Source: Squalus acanthias
Lineage: Eukaryota
Direction: 5' to 3'
NCBI GenBank assembly: GCA_030390025.1
Contig: CM059433.1
Coordinates: forward strand, 2,976,001 to 3,040,000
DNA: 64,000 nucleotides
Positions 11,584 through 24,429 of the stretch are shown in pieces. The notes beneath the pieces were generated by a model. It had not been told where the DNA came from and ran no database searches. It saw only the letters and a list, made by a program, of their open reading frames with translations. The translations under genes and the position numbers were made by a program. Within the stretch, counting starts at the first letter, position 1, and each line of letters starts with the position of its first letter.

Positions 11584-13141
11584 GCCTGCATCCCAGGATC
11601 TTAAAAGAAGTGGCTGCAGAGATAGTGGATGCATTGGTTGCAATATACCAAAATTCCCTGGACTCTGGAGAGGTCCCAGCGGATTGGAAAACCACTAATG
11701 TAACACCCCTATTTAAGAAAGGAGGGAGACAGAAAGCAGGAAACTATAGACCAGTTAGCCTAACATCTGTCGTTGGGAAAATGCTGGAGTCCTTCATTAA
11801 GGAAGCAGTAGCAGGGCATTTGGAAAATCATAATGCAGTCAAGCAGAGTCAGCATGGTTTTATGAAAGGGAAATCATGTTTAACAAATTTGCTAGAGTTC
11901 TTTGAGGAGGTAACGAGTAGGGTGGATAAGGGTGAGCCAGTGGATGTGGTGTATTTGGATTTCCAGAAGGCATTCGATAAGGTGCCACATAAAAGGTTAC
12001 TGCATAAGATAAGAGCTCATGGAGTTGAAGGTAATATATTAGCATGGATAGAGAATTGGCTAATTAACAGAAAGCAGAGAGTCGGGATAAATGGGTCATT
12101 TTCCAGTTGGCTAATGGTAACTAGTGGGGTGCCACAGGGATCGGTGCTGGGGCCCCAACTATTTACAATCTACATTAATGACTTGGATGAAGGGTCCGAG
12201 TGTAATGTAGCCAAGTTTGTGGATGATACAAAGGTGGGTGGGAAAGCAAGTTGTGCAGAGGACTCAAAGAATCTGCAAAGGGATATAGACAGGCTAAGTA
12301 AGTGGGCAAACATTTGGCAGATGGAGTATAATGTGGGAAAGTGCGAGGTTATCCACTTTGGCAGGAAAAATAAAAAAGCAAATTATTATTTAAATGGAGA
12401 GAGATTACAAAATGCTACAGTTCAGAGGGACCTGGGGGTCCTTGTGCATGAAACACAAAAAGTTAGCATGCAGGTGCAGCAAGTAATCAAAAAGGCAAAT
12501 GGAATGTTGGCCTTTATTGCAAGGGGGTTGGAGTATAAAAGCAGGGAAGTCCTGCTACAACTGTACAGGATATTGGTGAGACCACACCTGGAGTACTGCG
12601 TACAGTTTTGGTCTCCTTATTTAAGGAAGGATATACTTGCATTGGAGGCAGTTCAGAGACGATTCACTAGGTTAATTCCAGAGATGAGGGGCTTGACTTA
12701 TGAGGAAAGGTTGAGCAGGTTGGGCCTATACTCATTGGAGTTTAGAAGAATGAGAGGTGATCTTATTGAAACATATAAGATACTGAGGGGGCTCGACAAG
12801 GTAGATGCAAAGAGGATGTTTCCCCTCGTGGGGAAATCTAGAACTCGGGGGCACAGTCTCAGAATAAAGGGTCGCCCTTTTAGAACTGAGATGAGGAGGA
12901 ATTTCTTCTCTGAGGGTCGTAAATCTGTGGAATTCTCTGCCCAGAGAGCTGTGGAGGCTGGGTCATTAAATACATTTAAGGTGGAGATAGACAGATTTTT
13001 GCAAGATAAGGGAGTGAAGGGTTATGGGGAGCGGGCAGAGAAGTGGCTTTGAGCCCAAGATCAGCCATGATCTTATTGAATGGCGGAGCAGGCTCGAGGG
13101 GCCAAGTGGCCTATTCCTGCTCCTATTTCTTATGTTCTTAT
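11584..13141 (+). mobile_element. CR1 LINE, 5'-truncated (RT domain to tail)
   Basis: ORF 11610-13052 has [23 protein letters not shown] and KFVDD. Nearly identical to the matching CR1 parts of 60385-63846. Confidence 0.97.
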
Positions 13142-13659
13142 GAGAGAAAGAGAGAAACAGCGATATGAAGACAAACAAAGACATATAAGAGAGTAACCGC
13201 ATTCTCAGAATTATTGGGTAGATTTTGAATTTTTATGATAATGTAAATGGGTGATAGCGAATCGGCAGCTCGTTTTACATCTCTGCCGATTATTATTTCC
13301 ACTGACCACACATCTTACCACTCTCCAGATCGTTGCCGCTTCTGACCCCCAATCTTCCGCACCCCCAGCCGTACTCCCCCCACCCCCCCACCCCGGCCTC
13401 CTCTGCCGACCTCTGATCTCCCACGGTCCTACCCCCTACCCCTGATCTCCCTTCCCCTGGCCCGAAAACCTGATCTCGCTCCACCCCACCACCCCCTCCT
13501 CCACCCCTCGTCCGGCTCCGACCCTCAATTGCCCTCCCCCCACCCCGACCCTTGATCTACCACACTCCCGGCCACCCCAACGGCCCACAACTACTGGCGC
13601 CCGATCCCATCCCGATCCCCGGGCCTCTTGACTACAGGCTTTCGGGAATGAAGGAGGTT

Positions 13660-16052
13660 ATAAGAACATAAGAACATAAGAACATAAGAAATAGGAGCAG
13701 GAGTAGACCAATCGGCCCCTCGAGCCTGCTCCGCCATTCAATGAGATCATGGCTGATCTGATCCAACCTCAACTCTAAAGAACACAAGAAGTAGGAGCAG
13801 GACCAGGCCACTCGGCCCCTGGGACCGCTCCGCCACCCACAGGGCCTTGACCGATCCGAACTCAAACTCATGTCCAATTTCCAGCCCGCTCCCCGTAACC
13901 CCTGATACCCTTTACTTCTAGGAAACGGTCTATTTCTGTTTTAAATTTATTTAATGAAGTAGCTTCCACAGCTTCCTGGGGTAGCAAATTCCACAGACCC
14001 ACTACCCTCTGAGTGAAAAAGTTTCTCCTCATCTCAGTTTTGAAAGAGGAGCCCCTTATTCTAAGATTATGTCCCCTAGTTCTAGTTTCACCCATCATTG
14101 GGAACATCCTCACCGCGTCCACCCGATCAAGCCCCTTCACAATCTTATATGTTTCAATAAGATCGCCTCTCATTCTTCTGAACTCCAATGAGTAGAGTCC
14201 CAATCTACTCAACCTCTCCTCGTATGTCCACCCCCTCATCCCCGGAATTAACCTGAGTGAACCTTCTTTGTACTGCCTCGAGAGCAAGTATGTCTTTTCT
14301 TAAGTATGGACACCAAAACTGTATGCAGTACTCCAGGTGCGGTCTCACCAATACCCTATACAACTGCAGCAATACCTCCCTGTTTTTATATTCTATCCCC
14401 CTAGCAATAAAAGCCAACATTCCATTGGATTTCTTGATCACCTGCTGCACCTGCATACTAACTTTTTGATTTTCTTGCACCAAGACCCCCAGATCCCTTT
14501 GTACTGCAGTACTTTCCAGTTTCTCGCCATTAAGATAATAACTTGCTCTCTGATTTTTCCTGCCAAAGTGCATAACCTCACATTTTCCAATATTGTATTG
14601 CATCTGCCAAATCTCTGCCCACTCACCCAGCCTGTCTATATCCCCTTGTAGGTTTTTTATGTCCTCCTCACTCTCTACTTTCCCTCCCATCTTTGTATCA
14701 TCTGCAAACTTTGATATGTTACACTCGGTCCCCTCCTCCAAATCGTTAATATAGATTGTAAAGAGTTCGGGACCCAGCACCGACCCCTGCGGAACACCAC
14801 TGGCTACTGGTTGCCAGTCCGAGAATGAACCATTTATCCCAACTCTCTGCTTCCTGTTCGATAACCAATCCTCCACCCATGCCAGAATATTACCCCCAAT
14901 CCAGTGATTTTTTATCTTGAGTAATAATCTTTTATGTGGCACCTTGTCGAATGCCTTCTGGAAGTCTAAATACACTACATCCAGTGGTTCCCCTTTATCC
15001 ACCCTGTACGTTATGTCCTCAAAGAACTCAAGCAAATTTGTCAGACATGACTTCCCCTTCATAAAGCCATGCTGACTTTGTCCTATTAAATTATGTTTAT
15101 CTAAATGTTCCGTTACTGTCTCCTTAATAATAGACTCCAAAATTTTACCCACCACAGATGTTAGGCTAACTGGTCTATAATTACCAGCCTTCTGCCTACA
15201 ACCCTTTTTAAATAAGGGTGTTACATTAGCAGTTTTCCAATCTGCTGGGACCTTTGCTGAGTTCAGGGAGTTTTGGAAAATTATTACCAAAGCATCCACA
15301 ATTCCTACTGCCACTTCCCTCAAGACCCTAGGATGTAAGCCATCAGGTCCAGGGGATTTATCCGCCTTGAGTCCCATTATTTTACTGAGTACCAATTCCT
15401 TAGTGATTTTAATCGTATTTAGCTCCTCCCCCACTAGAGCCCCCTGCTTGTCCAGTGTTGGGATATTCTTAGTGTCCTCTACCGTAAAGACTGAAACAAA
15501 ATATTTGTTCAGCATTTTTGCCATCTCCATGTTTCCCACCATTAATTTCCTGGTCTCATCCTCTAAGGGACCTACGTTTGCCTTAACCACCCTTTTTCTT
15601 TTTATATAACTATAGAAACTCTTGCTATCTGTTTTTATATTTTTTGCTAATTTATTTTCATAGTCTATTTTCCCTTTCTTAATCAATCCTTTAGTTACTT
15701 TTTGTTGTCTTTTGAAGACTTCCCAATCTTCTATCCTCCCACTAACTTTGGCTACCTTATATGTCCTTGTTTTTAGTTGGATACTTTCTTTAATTTCTTT
15801 ACTTAGCCATGGATGGCTGTTATTTCTTTTACACCCTTTTTTCCTCAGTGGAATATATTTATTTTGAAAGTTGTAAAATAACTCCTTGAATGAACACCAC
15901 TGCTCATGTACCGTCTTACCCTTTAATCTATTTTCCCAGTCCACTTTAATCAATTCTGCTCTCATGCCATCATAGTCTCCTTTATCCAAGCTCAGTATGC
16001 TTGTTTGAGAACCAACCTTCTCACCCTCTAATTGGATATGGAATTCAACCAT
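13660..16052 (-). mobile_element. CR1 LINE, 5'-truncated, one frameshift, duplicated 3' UTR
   Basis: ORFs 14205-16052 and 13868-14287 with KFADD. (AAGAACAT)n tail at 13662-13690. Confidence 0.97.
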
Positions 16053-16389
16053 ATGGGCTGGTACTTGTGATGGGGATGGTCTATCGAAACATGGTCCCTG
16101 ATGTCACCTGCTTTTTTCTTGCACCACGCTCCCAGGCCACTGGAGTCTTCTCCGCTTTATCAGACATTTCATGCTTCCTTCCCCCTCTGCTATTCTGCTA
16201 TAACTATTTACATATCCTCTGGTTCTTGGATACATCTATTATTTCTCTCATTAATGTCTGATTCTTTTACAGCAGTATCACTTCTACTATTTAATCATCT
16301 CCTCCACTTAATCACAGACCATTCTCTTTTTTCTCACCGTCTCCTTTGCCCTGGCTCCTTATAAGTTGTTCACCTGCAATATCTCCCGA

Positions 16390-16525
16390 ATCAGACTAAA
16401 GGTCATCATCCTGAAAGGTTAACCCTACCCTCCTCTCTCTATAGTTGCTGCCTGACCGGCTGAGTGTTTCTAGCTTTTTCTGTTTCTATTTAAGATTTCC
16501 AGCATCCACAGTATTTTGCTTTTAG
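16390..16525 (+). mobile_element. Degenerate hammerhead mini-element (family of 61536-61788)
   Basis: AAAGGTCA..CCTGAAAGGTTAAC...TTTCCAGCATCCACAGTATTTTGCT. Ribozyme core is mutated. Confidence 0.75.
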
Positions 16526-17321
16526 CTTTTCTCAGTACTTTCTCCAAATGGTGCTGCACTGGAGGAGTACTGGTTTTCAGTTGCAAGAAGCAGTTGGTGG
16601 TAATCCACACGAGGTATCCCTGGCCTCATTTGAACTGAAGACAGAATCAAGGTTGAGGACTCCGAGGACTCTGCCAATCTAACTGTACACCACATCCGGT
16701 GGGTCTATCCCGCTAGTGGTACAGGACATACCCAGAGATGCTGGTGGAGTAATTTGGGATGTTGTCTGATAGATATGCCACTATGGTAGCAACTATGTCA
16801 GGCTGTTGCTTGACTAGTCTGTGGGACAGTTCTCCCAATGTGGGTACCAGTCCCCCAGATGCTAGTCATTTTTTGGAAAAGGATCCGTACCAGGCGGGGG
16901 AAGCACCACAATGAAGACCCGCACAACTTTTGAACAAAGGATGATGGCCTTCATTAATTTGAGAGCAGTCAAAGGGCTGTCTCTTGAGAAGGTGGGAGGG
17001 ACCTATACAAAAATGTGCATGCAATCGGTAATTCTCTGGCCTTTGGAGATGTGGACCAGCTGGTCAAAATCAAGTTGCCTTTGTCCCTGTTACTGGTAAT
17101 CTATACTAGACTTTATGAGCTAGTGGGCCTTTCAGTAAGAGTTTCTGACACATCCCAATAATGACGATTTCCTGCGGGGCCTGAAAGGTGGTGGTAGCAT
17201 AAAAGTTCAGAGTAATTGTTACCTTGGCTTCCATCGAGGGGCTGTTGTTCTCACTGACCTCGGCTGTAGGTCATCTCACACCAGGTAACACAACACAGTG
17301 ATTGCTCAGCTTCAGACACTA

Positions 17322-18315
17322 CGGGGGGAGTTTTAACTTCCCAGCACACTGGGAGCGGGTGAGGGAGGTGGTCTGGCAGCGTATGGGGAATCCGAAAATC
17401 TGGGTTTCCCCGCACGCTGCGAAAATTTAACTCCATGCCGTGCGTCTTCCATCAGTGACAGGTTCCATGCCCGGAATCAGCCTGATTGACAGGCTTGGCT
17501 TCCAGGCAGGCAGGGAGTATTCTGGAGGAGGCCGAAGGACCAGGTAGGTCCGATCCCCGACCCCGGGGAGGGGGAGTCCGATCCCGGGGCTGGGTCTGAT
17601 GGTGCGGGAGCTTCCGGGGCCAGGACGAAACACTCCTGCTCCTCCTGGCCCTCAAGGACTGCTCCCTGAGGCTGTCCTCGCCTCGCCTCGCTGCAGCTGC
17701 CAGGCTCCCCGAGGCTTGTCCCACCTCAGTAAAACCCGGAGGTCAGCGGGTTGGAGCCGGCTTCCCGACACGCTTCGATTTGTTGCCCATTTAACCCTCC
17801 CCCCACCCGCACCCACTCCCACATAAAGAAAAGACTTGCATTTATATAGCGCCTTTCATGACCGCTGGACGTCTCAAAGCACTTTACAGCCAATGAAGTA
17901 TTTTTGAAGTGTAATCGCTGTTGTAATGTGGGAAATACGGCAGCCAATTAGCGCACAGCAAGCTCCCACAAACAGCAATGTGATAATGACCAGATAATCT
18001 AGTTTTTTTTGTTTTGTTGGTTGATAAATCATAAATATTGGCCCAGGACACTGGGGATAACTCACCTGCTCTTCTTTGAATAGTGCCATGGGATCTTTTA
18101 TGTCCACCTGAGAGAGCAGACGGGGCCTCGGTTTAACATCTCATCCGAAAGACGGCACCTCCGACAGTGCAGCACTCCCTCAGCACTGCACTGGAGTGTC
18201 AGCCTAGCTTTATGTGCTCAAGTCTCTGGAGTGAGATTTGAACCCACAACCTTCTGACTCAGAGGCGAGTGTGCTACCCACTCAGCCACAGCTGAGACAT
18301 GTTAAAATTCCCCCC
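17322..18315. mobile_element. Harbinger-type MITE carrying a SINE
   Basis: TIR GGGGGGAGTTTTAAC / GTTAAAATTCCCCCC. Probable TSD CTA. Confidence 0.75.
17825..18296 (-). mobile_element. Full-length tRNA-headed Deu-domain SINE (SacSINE1-like)
   Basis: A box TGGCTGAGTGG and B box GGTTCAAATC. Deu-like core GATGAGATGTTAAACCGAGGCCCCGTCTG. Possible TSD ACAT. Confidence 0.88.
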
Positions 18316-19424
18316 CTAATTTTCAGTCAGCTCCAGATAGCTGTCCATTGCGCTGAATCTGAGATGTTGGTGGATAAAGGATTATCCCACTGCAAGCAGC
18401 CATTCTGCTTTTGAGAACATATGCAACTGAAACTTGGACAGCTTCATCTCTTGAACAATAACGGCAGGTCTCACCATACAAGAACGGCGTCCTGATCGAA
18501 TTCTTTCTACCATGAGGAAAGCACCAACTGTTTCTATGCAACTAAATTAAATTAGGGAATTCCAGACATTAACAAGCGGTTAACAAGCCATTAACAGTTC
18601 TCTTTTTAACTTTCATTATTCACATCGCATCAATTTACAAGCTTGAGGAAATCGTCTCCAGATGAGAATAATGCAGTTCCGACCAAATTTATAAATAATA
18701 GATCAGGATTTGTCACAAGTTATATACTAGACTTTCATTGTAGCAGGTCACACAATGAGGAAAGTATATTCCAAGGGCTCATTTATGATTAATAGGTTTA
18801 CGAAACAATTTGATTTGTTATTCATCAGTAACAAATATTTAATAGGTGCACCACTATTATACTAAGCATTGACTATGCTAATTGAATAAAATGCCCACAC
18901 AGTGAAAGGCTGCTTCCAATTTCATATTCTTAACATCGTTCCTGTTTAAGCTTTGACTTGATCTGAGGATAGCAGGTGTTGACCTCTTTGACTCACTGCG
19001 GAATAATTTTTTCCTATAAATTCCTATTCAAACTATCTGCAAGCCACTTAGTTGACATTTCATGCTGAGGTGTCAGTGTCTGCACATGTATTCATCAGCT
19101 AAACATTTGGTATTTCTTTAACAGTTTTGGGGCATCACTTGGACACACAATAGTCACAACCATAACCCAGCTCACAAAGGAATTTTTATCTGTCTGGTAC
19201 AGACGAGCAATTAGACTGAGCCCATACTGGTGCCAGATGATGCGACAGCAATCCGTGTTAAATACTGAATGTTCGAAGTTTAAAGTGAAACGACAAGGTT
19301 GAAATCTTTACATAGTTTGTTAAGGTCAATGACTGGATGAATAGTAACAAAAGCACCTGTGGCCTTTGCAAAATAAAACTGAACGTGGGCGAAACCACGA
19401 GCGATTCGCCAGCATAGACAAGGA

Positions 19425-19630
19425 TTGAATTTTCTCACAGAGAGCGGTGCCGCTAATACCTCAATTAAAGCTCGATAAGTACATGAGGGAGCGAGGAATA
19501 GAAGGATATCTTGTACAGGGGTGAGATGAAGAAGGGTGAAAGGAGACTCGTGTGGAGCATAAACACCGGCATGGGCCAGTTGGGCCCAATGACCTGTTTC
19601 TGTGCTGTAAGTGCTGTGTCATTCTATGAA
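19425..19630 (+). mobile_element. Old CR1 3'-end fragment
   Basis: TTTTCTCACAGAGAGCGG and GGGCC..ATGACCTGTTTCTGTGCTGTAA tail motif. Confidence 0.7.
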
Positions 19631-19984
19631 AAATGATTTGTGCCCACTGGAAGCCTGGAGAGGTAGTTACACAAAAGTTTCCTGGGCAAGGTCATTCACA
19701 TACCCATCGCAGTGATCATTGGCATAACTCCCATGTAAAACAGGTGTAATTAGCTGACATGCATGGAAACTGGGGTGCGGCCTTTAAGATGCCAGTTCAG
19801 CCCACATACTTCAGCTGTGGACCCGGAGGGACAACCAGGTAAGAAAGGAAGCTCGGTCACTTAATTCTCAGATAACTTCACTTCACATCTCATCAATCTT
19901 TTCATCATCCTTTTCAAGAATTGTGCCTACATCAGGAGCACCTGCAACAAGCAACTGGACAAGGCAGCAAGGAATCGCACCAAG

Positions 19985-20700
19985 TAGAAGGAGAAGTAAA
20001 CAGAACTTCATTGACTCTGAGCTCCAAGTCCTCCTGGACGAAACTGAAGTCAGAAGGCCCTGACTCCTGGGTCTGCGTGGCAGCGAGCCAGCTAGGAATA
20101 TCACTCATGCCATCTGGTAGAAGATGGCAGTGGCACTGAGTGCCAACTCCTTCACCCCCAGGTCTGTAAAGCAGTACCAAAAGAAGTACAATGACCCAAC
20201 CAGGGCAGGCAAGATAACACACTGGACATATTTCCTTTGCTTCCTTGCTCGGCCTGCACACTCTTCACACTCTTAAATCAACACTTGCAGAACTAACCCT
20301 TGATAATGCCCTCTGGTTATGTGTGGGCGGGGCTATAACTCTGGATATTGCACCACGGCTACACATCTCCCCTAACAGCAATTACTTGCATGCACAAATG
20401 TAAATCCCTTTCCTCCACTTTAACAAGCTGATATCTCCACATTTCTTCAGCCCTCCGATGCTACTTGGCACACACTCCACAATTACTATTTTTCATCTCA
20501 TTCATTCTGTCATCTTGCAAAAGAAAATGGCACAGCATGCCAGATAGAGGCAGATCACTGGATGGGATATTCTCACTCTTAAACCCACCATGCTCGATGA
20601 GGAGAAGGCAATGGAGCTCATGTGGAGGCCCTCTGCTCTTGCGACGGGAGATGGCAAGGTCATTGGCATATTGCCAGTGCCAGGTTAGTGACTGAACACC
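19985..20700 (+). pseudogene. Harbinger Myb/SANT-like gene relic (two exons)
   Basis: RRSKQNFIDSELQVLLDETEVRR...PRSVKQYQKKYND, then a KKMAQHAR segment at ~20520. Contains stops. Confidence 0.7.
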
Positions 20701-21441
20701 TACACTATAATCCTGACAACCCTGCAAAGCACCACACAGATACGACCTTCCACCCTCTTCTCTGTCTCCTTAATCCCAAGGGGTAATTCTCACCCATTCT
20801 TAGCTTTGACCTTCCTTTCCTGCATATCAATCACATCAACAGGGAGAAGAGGGTGGTGAAGGAGATGAATATGACAATGAGGAGGAGGAGGAGCAGAGAA
20901 GATGTTTCTTCCTTGTTGACAATAATGATGATGATAATGCTCCCAAACCATAGAAACTGCGATTCATGCTGCTGTTGCTCTGGACCTTCAGGATTTGATA
21001 CCTGCCATTAGACCAACCACCTCATCATTGAGTGGCAGCATGGATCCAGGGTCCAATGGCATGGCAACAGCTGGAATCCACCTGTCTGATACAGCATCGC
21101 TCAGGAGACCAGACCTCCAGCCTTCCCCCTCAGAGCAGCACTTCAGTGGAACATAGGAAGTGATACAAGACTGGCAAGGAATAAGCTCCTGAGATGCAGA
21201 CAGCATTGACTTGCTGCCAGGAGCAAGCTATCATAAGACAAGGACCACCTCAATCCCATGACCCTGTTGTGCAACATGAGTAGCCAACTACATTGAGAGA
21301 TAAAAACAGACTATAAAAGCTTCTATAGGTATGTAAAAAGGAAAAAGATTAGCGAAAGTAAATGTGGGTCACATACAGGTTGAGACAGGAGAAATTATAA
21401 TAGGGAGTAAGGAAATGGTAGAGAAGTTAAACAAATATTTT

Positions 21442-22271
21442 GGGCTGGATTTTCTCAATGGGGGCACGTTGGGGGCGGGACTGCTGGTTGTCAGGTTTCA
21501 GTCCTGCCCCCAACGACGTCCGGCCAACCCACGCTATTTTCCCTTGATTGAACTTGTTAAGCCCGCCCTGCAGGCTTAGCCGGCCAATTAAGGGAAAGCC
21601 GGTGACAGAGGACGTCAGTGTATGACGTTTCATCTGTCAAAAATTTTTGACAGATGAATTGTCAGCGTTTGACAGCTTTGAGAAGCTGTTCTGTTCTAAG
21701 ATGAGCCCTTGTACTGAAGACTCACTAAACCTCTCTCCTTAGCATAAATCAGATGGCTGTTGCATCGGAGCATGCAGCAGCCATTCTGTCATCTCTGCCA
21801 TTGAGATGAGGCACCTCCGGATCCCCAAGGGTTGAAGCCTGCAGGAAGAAACAAAGGTAAGTAAACTTTTTCTAACACTTTACACTCACCTCTCATACTT
21901 ACCTGTCCACACTTGCACCCATCACTCACCTCCACAGTGCACTTTTCGATCCCTCTCACCCCTGAAGACCCACTGCTCGCCTCGCTGACCCTGGCAAGGG
22001 TCGCAGCCGTCTGGAAGCTCGCACTTGCAGAGGTAAAATGGGGATAAGCCTCAAAACTGCCTGTTAACTACCTGTTAACAGGCAGTTAAATGGCTGTAAT
22101 CCCCTTCCCGCCTCGAGGAGACGGGTCCCTGCGCGAGTCGGGGACTCGCCGCCCGGGAAGATGGCACGGAGGCGGGTTGGGAGCGGGTTCGGTACTCGCT
22201 CCCAGTTTCTGCCATTTTCCCGGCAGTCCCGCCTCCATGCCCGCCTCCCCAGGGCTGGCAAAATTCCCCCC
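21442..22271. mobile_element. Harbinger-type MITE inserted in a CR1
   Basis: 3-bp TSD TTT restores the CR1 sequence ACAAATATTTTGTGTCTG. Imperfect TIRs. Related copy at 50428-51243. Confidence 0.88.
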
Positions 22272-22467
22272 TTTGTGTCTGTCTTCACGGAAAAAGACGC
22301 AAAAAACTTCCCAGAAATAGTGGAGAACCAAGGGTCTAGCGAGTATGAGGAACTGAAAAAAATTAGTGTTGGTAAAAAATAGTACTGGAGCAATTAATGG
22401 GACTGAAAGCTGATAAATCCCCAGGACCTGATGGCCTATATCCAAAGGTTTTGAAAGAGGTGGCTAT

Positions 22468-22519
22468 TACATAGGATTACATAGGATATACGGCACAGAA
22501 ACAGGCCATTCGGGGATAC
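22468..22519 (-). mobile_element. 52-bp CR1-type 3' tail insertion
   Basis: Minus strand reads CCGAATGGCCTGTTTCTGTGCCGTATATCCTATGTAATCCTATGTA. TSD CTAT. Confidence 0.8.
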
Positions 22520-24429
22520 CTATAGAGATAGTGGATGTATTGGTTGTCACTTTCCAAAATTCCATAGATTCTAGAATGGTTCCCACGGATTGGAAGGTAG
22601 CAAATGTAACCCCACTTTTTAAGAAAGGAGGGAGAGAGAAAACCAGGAACTACAGACCAATTAGCCTGACATCAGGAGTATGGAAAATGCTAACATTTAT
22701 TATTAAGGACTTGGTAACAGGGTACTTAGAAAATAATAATAGGATTGGGCAGAGTCAACACAGATTTGTGAAAGGGAAATCGTGTTTGACGAATCTGTTA
22801 GAGTTTTTTGAGGTTGTAACTAACAGAATAGGCAAGGGGGAACCAGTGGGTGTAGTGTATTTGGATTTTCAGAAGGCATTCGACAAGGTGCCACACAAGA
22901 GGTTATTAAACAAAATTAGGGCTCATGGGATTGGGGGTAATATACTAGCATGGATTGAGGATTGGTTAATGTACAGAAAACAGAGAGTAGGAATAAACGG
23001 GTCATTTTCGGGTTGGCAGGCTGTAACTAGTGGGGTACCGCAAGGATCAGTGCTTGGGCCTCATCTATTCACAATCTGTATCAATGATTGGGATGAGGGG
23101 ACCAAATGTAATATATCCAAGTTTGCTGATGATAAGTTGTGAGGAGGATGCAAAGAGGTTTCAAGGGGATATAAACAAGCTAAGTGAGTGGGCAAGAACA
23201 TGGCAAATGGAATATAATGTGGAGAAATGTGAAGTTATCCACTTTGGTAGGAAAAATAGAAAAGCAGAGTATTTTTTAAATGGCGAGAGATTGGGAAATG
23301 TTGGTGTTCAGAGGGACCTGGGTGTCCTTGTACACGAATCACTGAAAGTTAACATGCAGGTACAGCAAGCAAATAGGAAAGCAAATGGTAGGTTGACCTT
23401 TATTAGAAGAAGATTTGAGTATAAGAGTAAAGACGTCTTACTGCAATTATATAGGGCCCTGGTGAGACCACACCTGGAGTATTGTGTACAGTTTTGGTCT
23501 CCTTACCTAAGGAAGGATATACTTGCCATAGAGGGAGTGCAACGAAGGTTCACCAGACTGGTTCCTGGGATGGCGGGACTGTCCTATGAGGAGAGATTGA
23601 GTAGACTAGGCCTATATTCTCTAGAGTTTAGAAGAATGAGAGGTGATCTCATTGAAACATACAAAATTCTTACAGGGCTTGACAGGGTAGATGCAGGGAG
23701 GATGTTTCCCCTGGCTGGAGAGTCTAGAACCAGGGGTCACAGTCTCAGAATAAGGGGTCGGCCATTTAGGACTGAGATGAGGAGAAATTTCTTCACTCAG
23801 AGGGCGGTGAATCTTTGGAATTCTCTACCCGTAGAGGGCTGTGGAGGCTCAGTCGTTGAGTTTATTCAAGACAGAAATCGATAGATTTTTGAATATTAAG
23901 GGAATCAAGGGATCTGGGGATAGGGCAGGAAAGTGGAGATGAGGTAGAAGATCAGCCATGATCTTATTGAATGGCGGAGCAGGCTCGAAGGGCCGAATGG
24001 CCGACTCCTGCTCCTATTTCTTATGTTCTTAACTATGTACCGCTCTCAGGTTCCACCTGGAAGAAGAATTAGAACAGGTGAAAGAAAAGCCTGTGTAGGC
24101 ATCCAAATGAATCACCTTGTTAAGGAAGAAGAGGTTGGCTTGTGTACACTTTGTAATTATTGCGTTAAAATAGAATGTCCACTGACATGGCACTTTGTTA
24201 TTTATGGAGGTTAGAGTCATACAGGAGAGGGTACACTTATGTGATGCTGACATATTCACTCAGTTGATGATTATTGGCACGCTTCTGTAGGGGTGCAGAG
24301 GCCAGATGTGTTGTCATGTGGTAGGATGGGTAGTGAATTGGGGGATTGTCCCTTTATTTGAAAGTGGAGGAGATGGAGGTAAGGCTGTGACGTTAAAGGT
24401 GGACTGTGTTACACAGAAAAGAAGACTTT

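Larger units (their letters stand above)
16890..18450 (-). pseudogene. Harbinger transposase relic interrupted by a MITE and a SINE
   Basis: DSYLELTEN, KVTITLNFYATTTFQ and DCMHI remnants on both sides of 17322-18315. Confidence 0.65.
21293..24032 (+). mobile_element. CR1 LINE, 5'-truncated, with two nested insertions
   Basis: ORFs 22531-23142 and 23030-23884 (RT). Interrupted at 21442-22271 and 22468-22519. Confidence 0.95.

Noticed and set aside
18230..18296. tRNA gene (also 42935-43002)
   Set aside because: The A/B boxes are the head of a SINE and continue into the SINE body.
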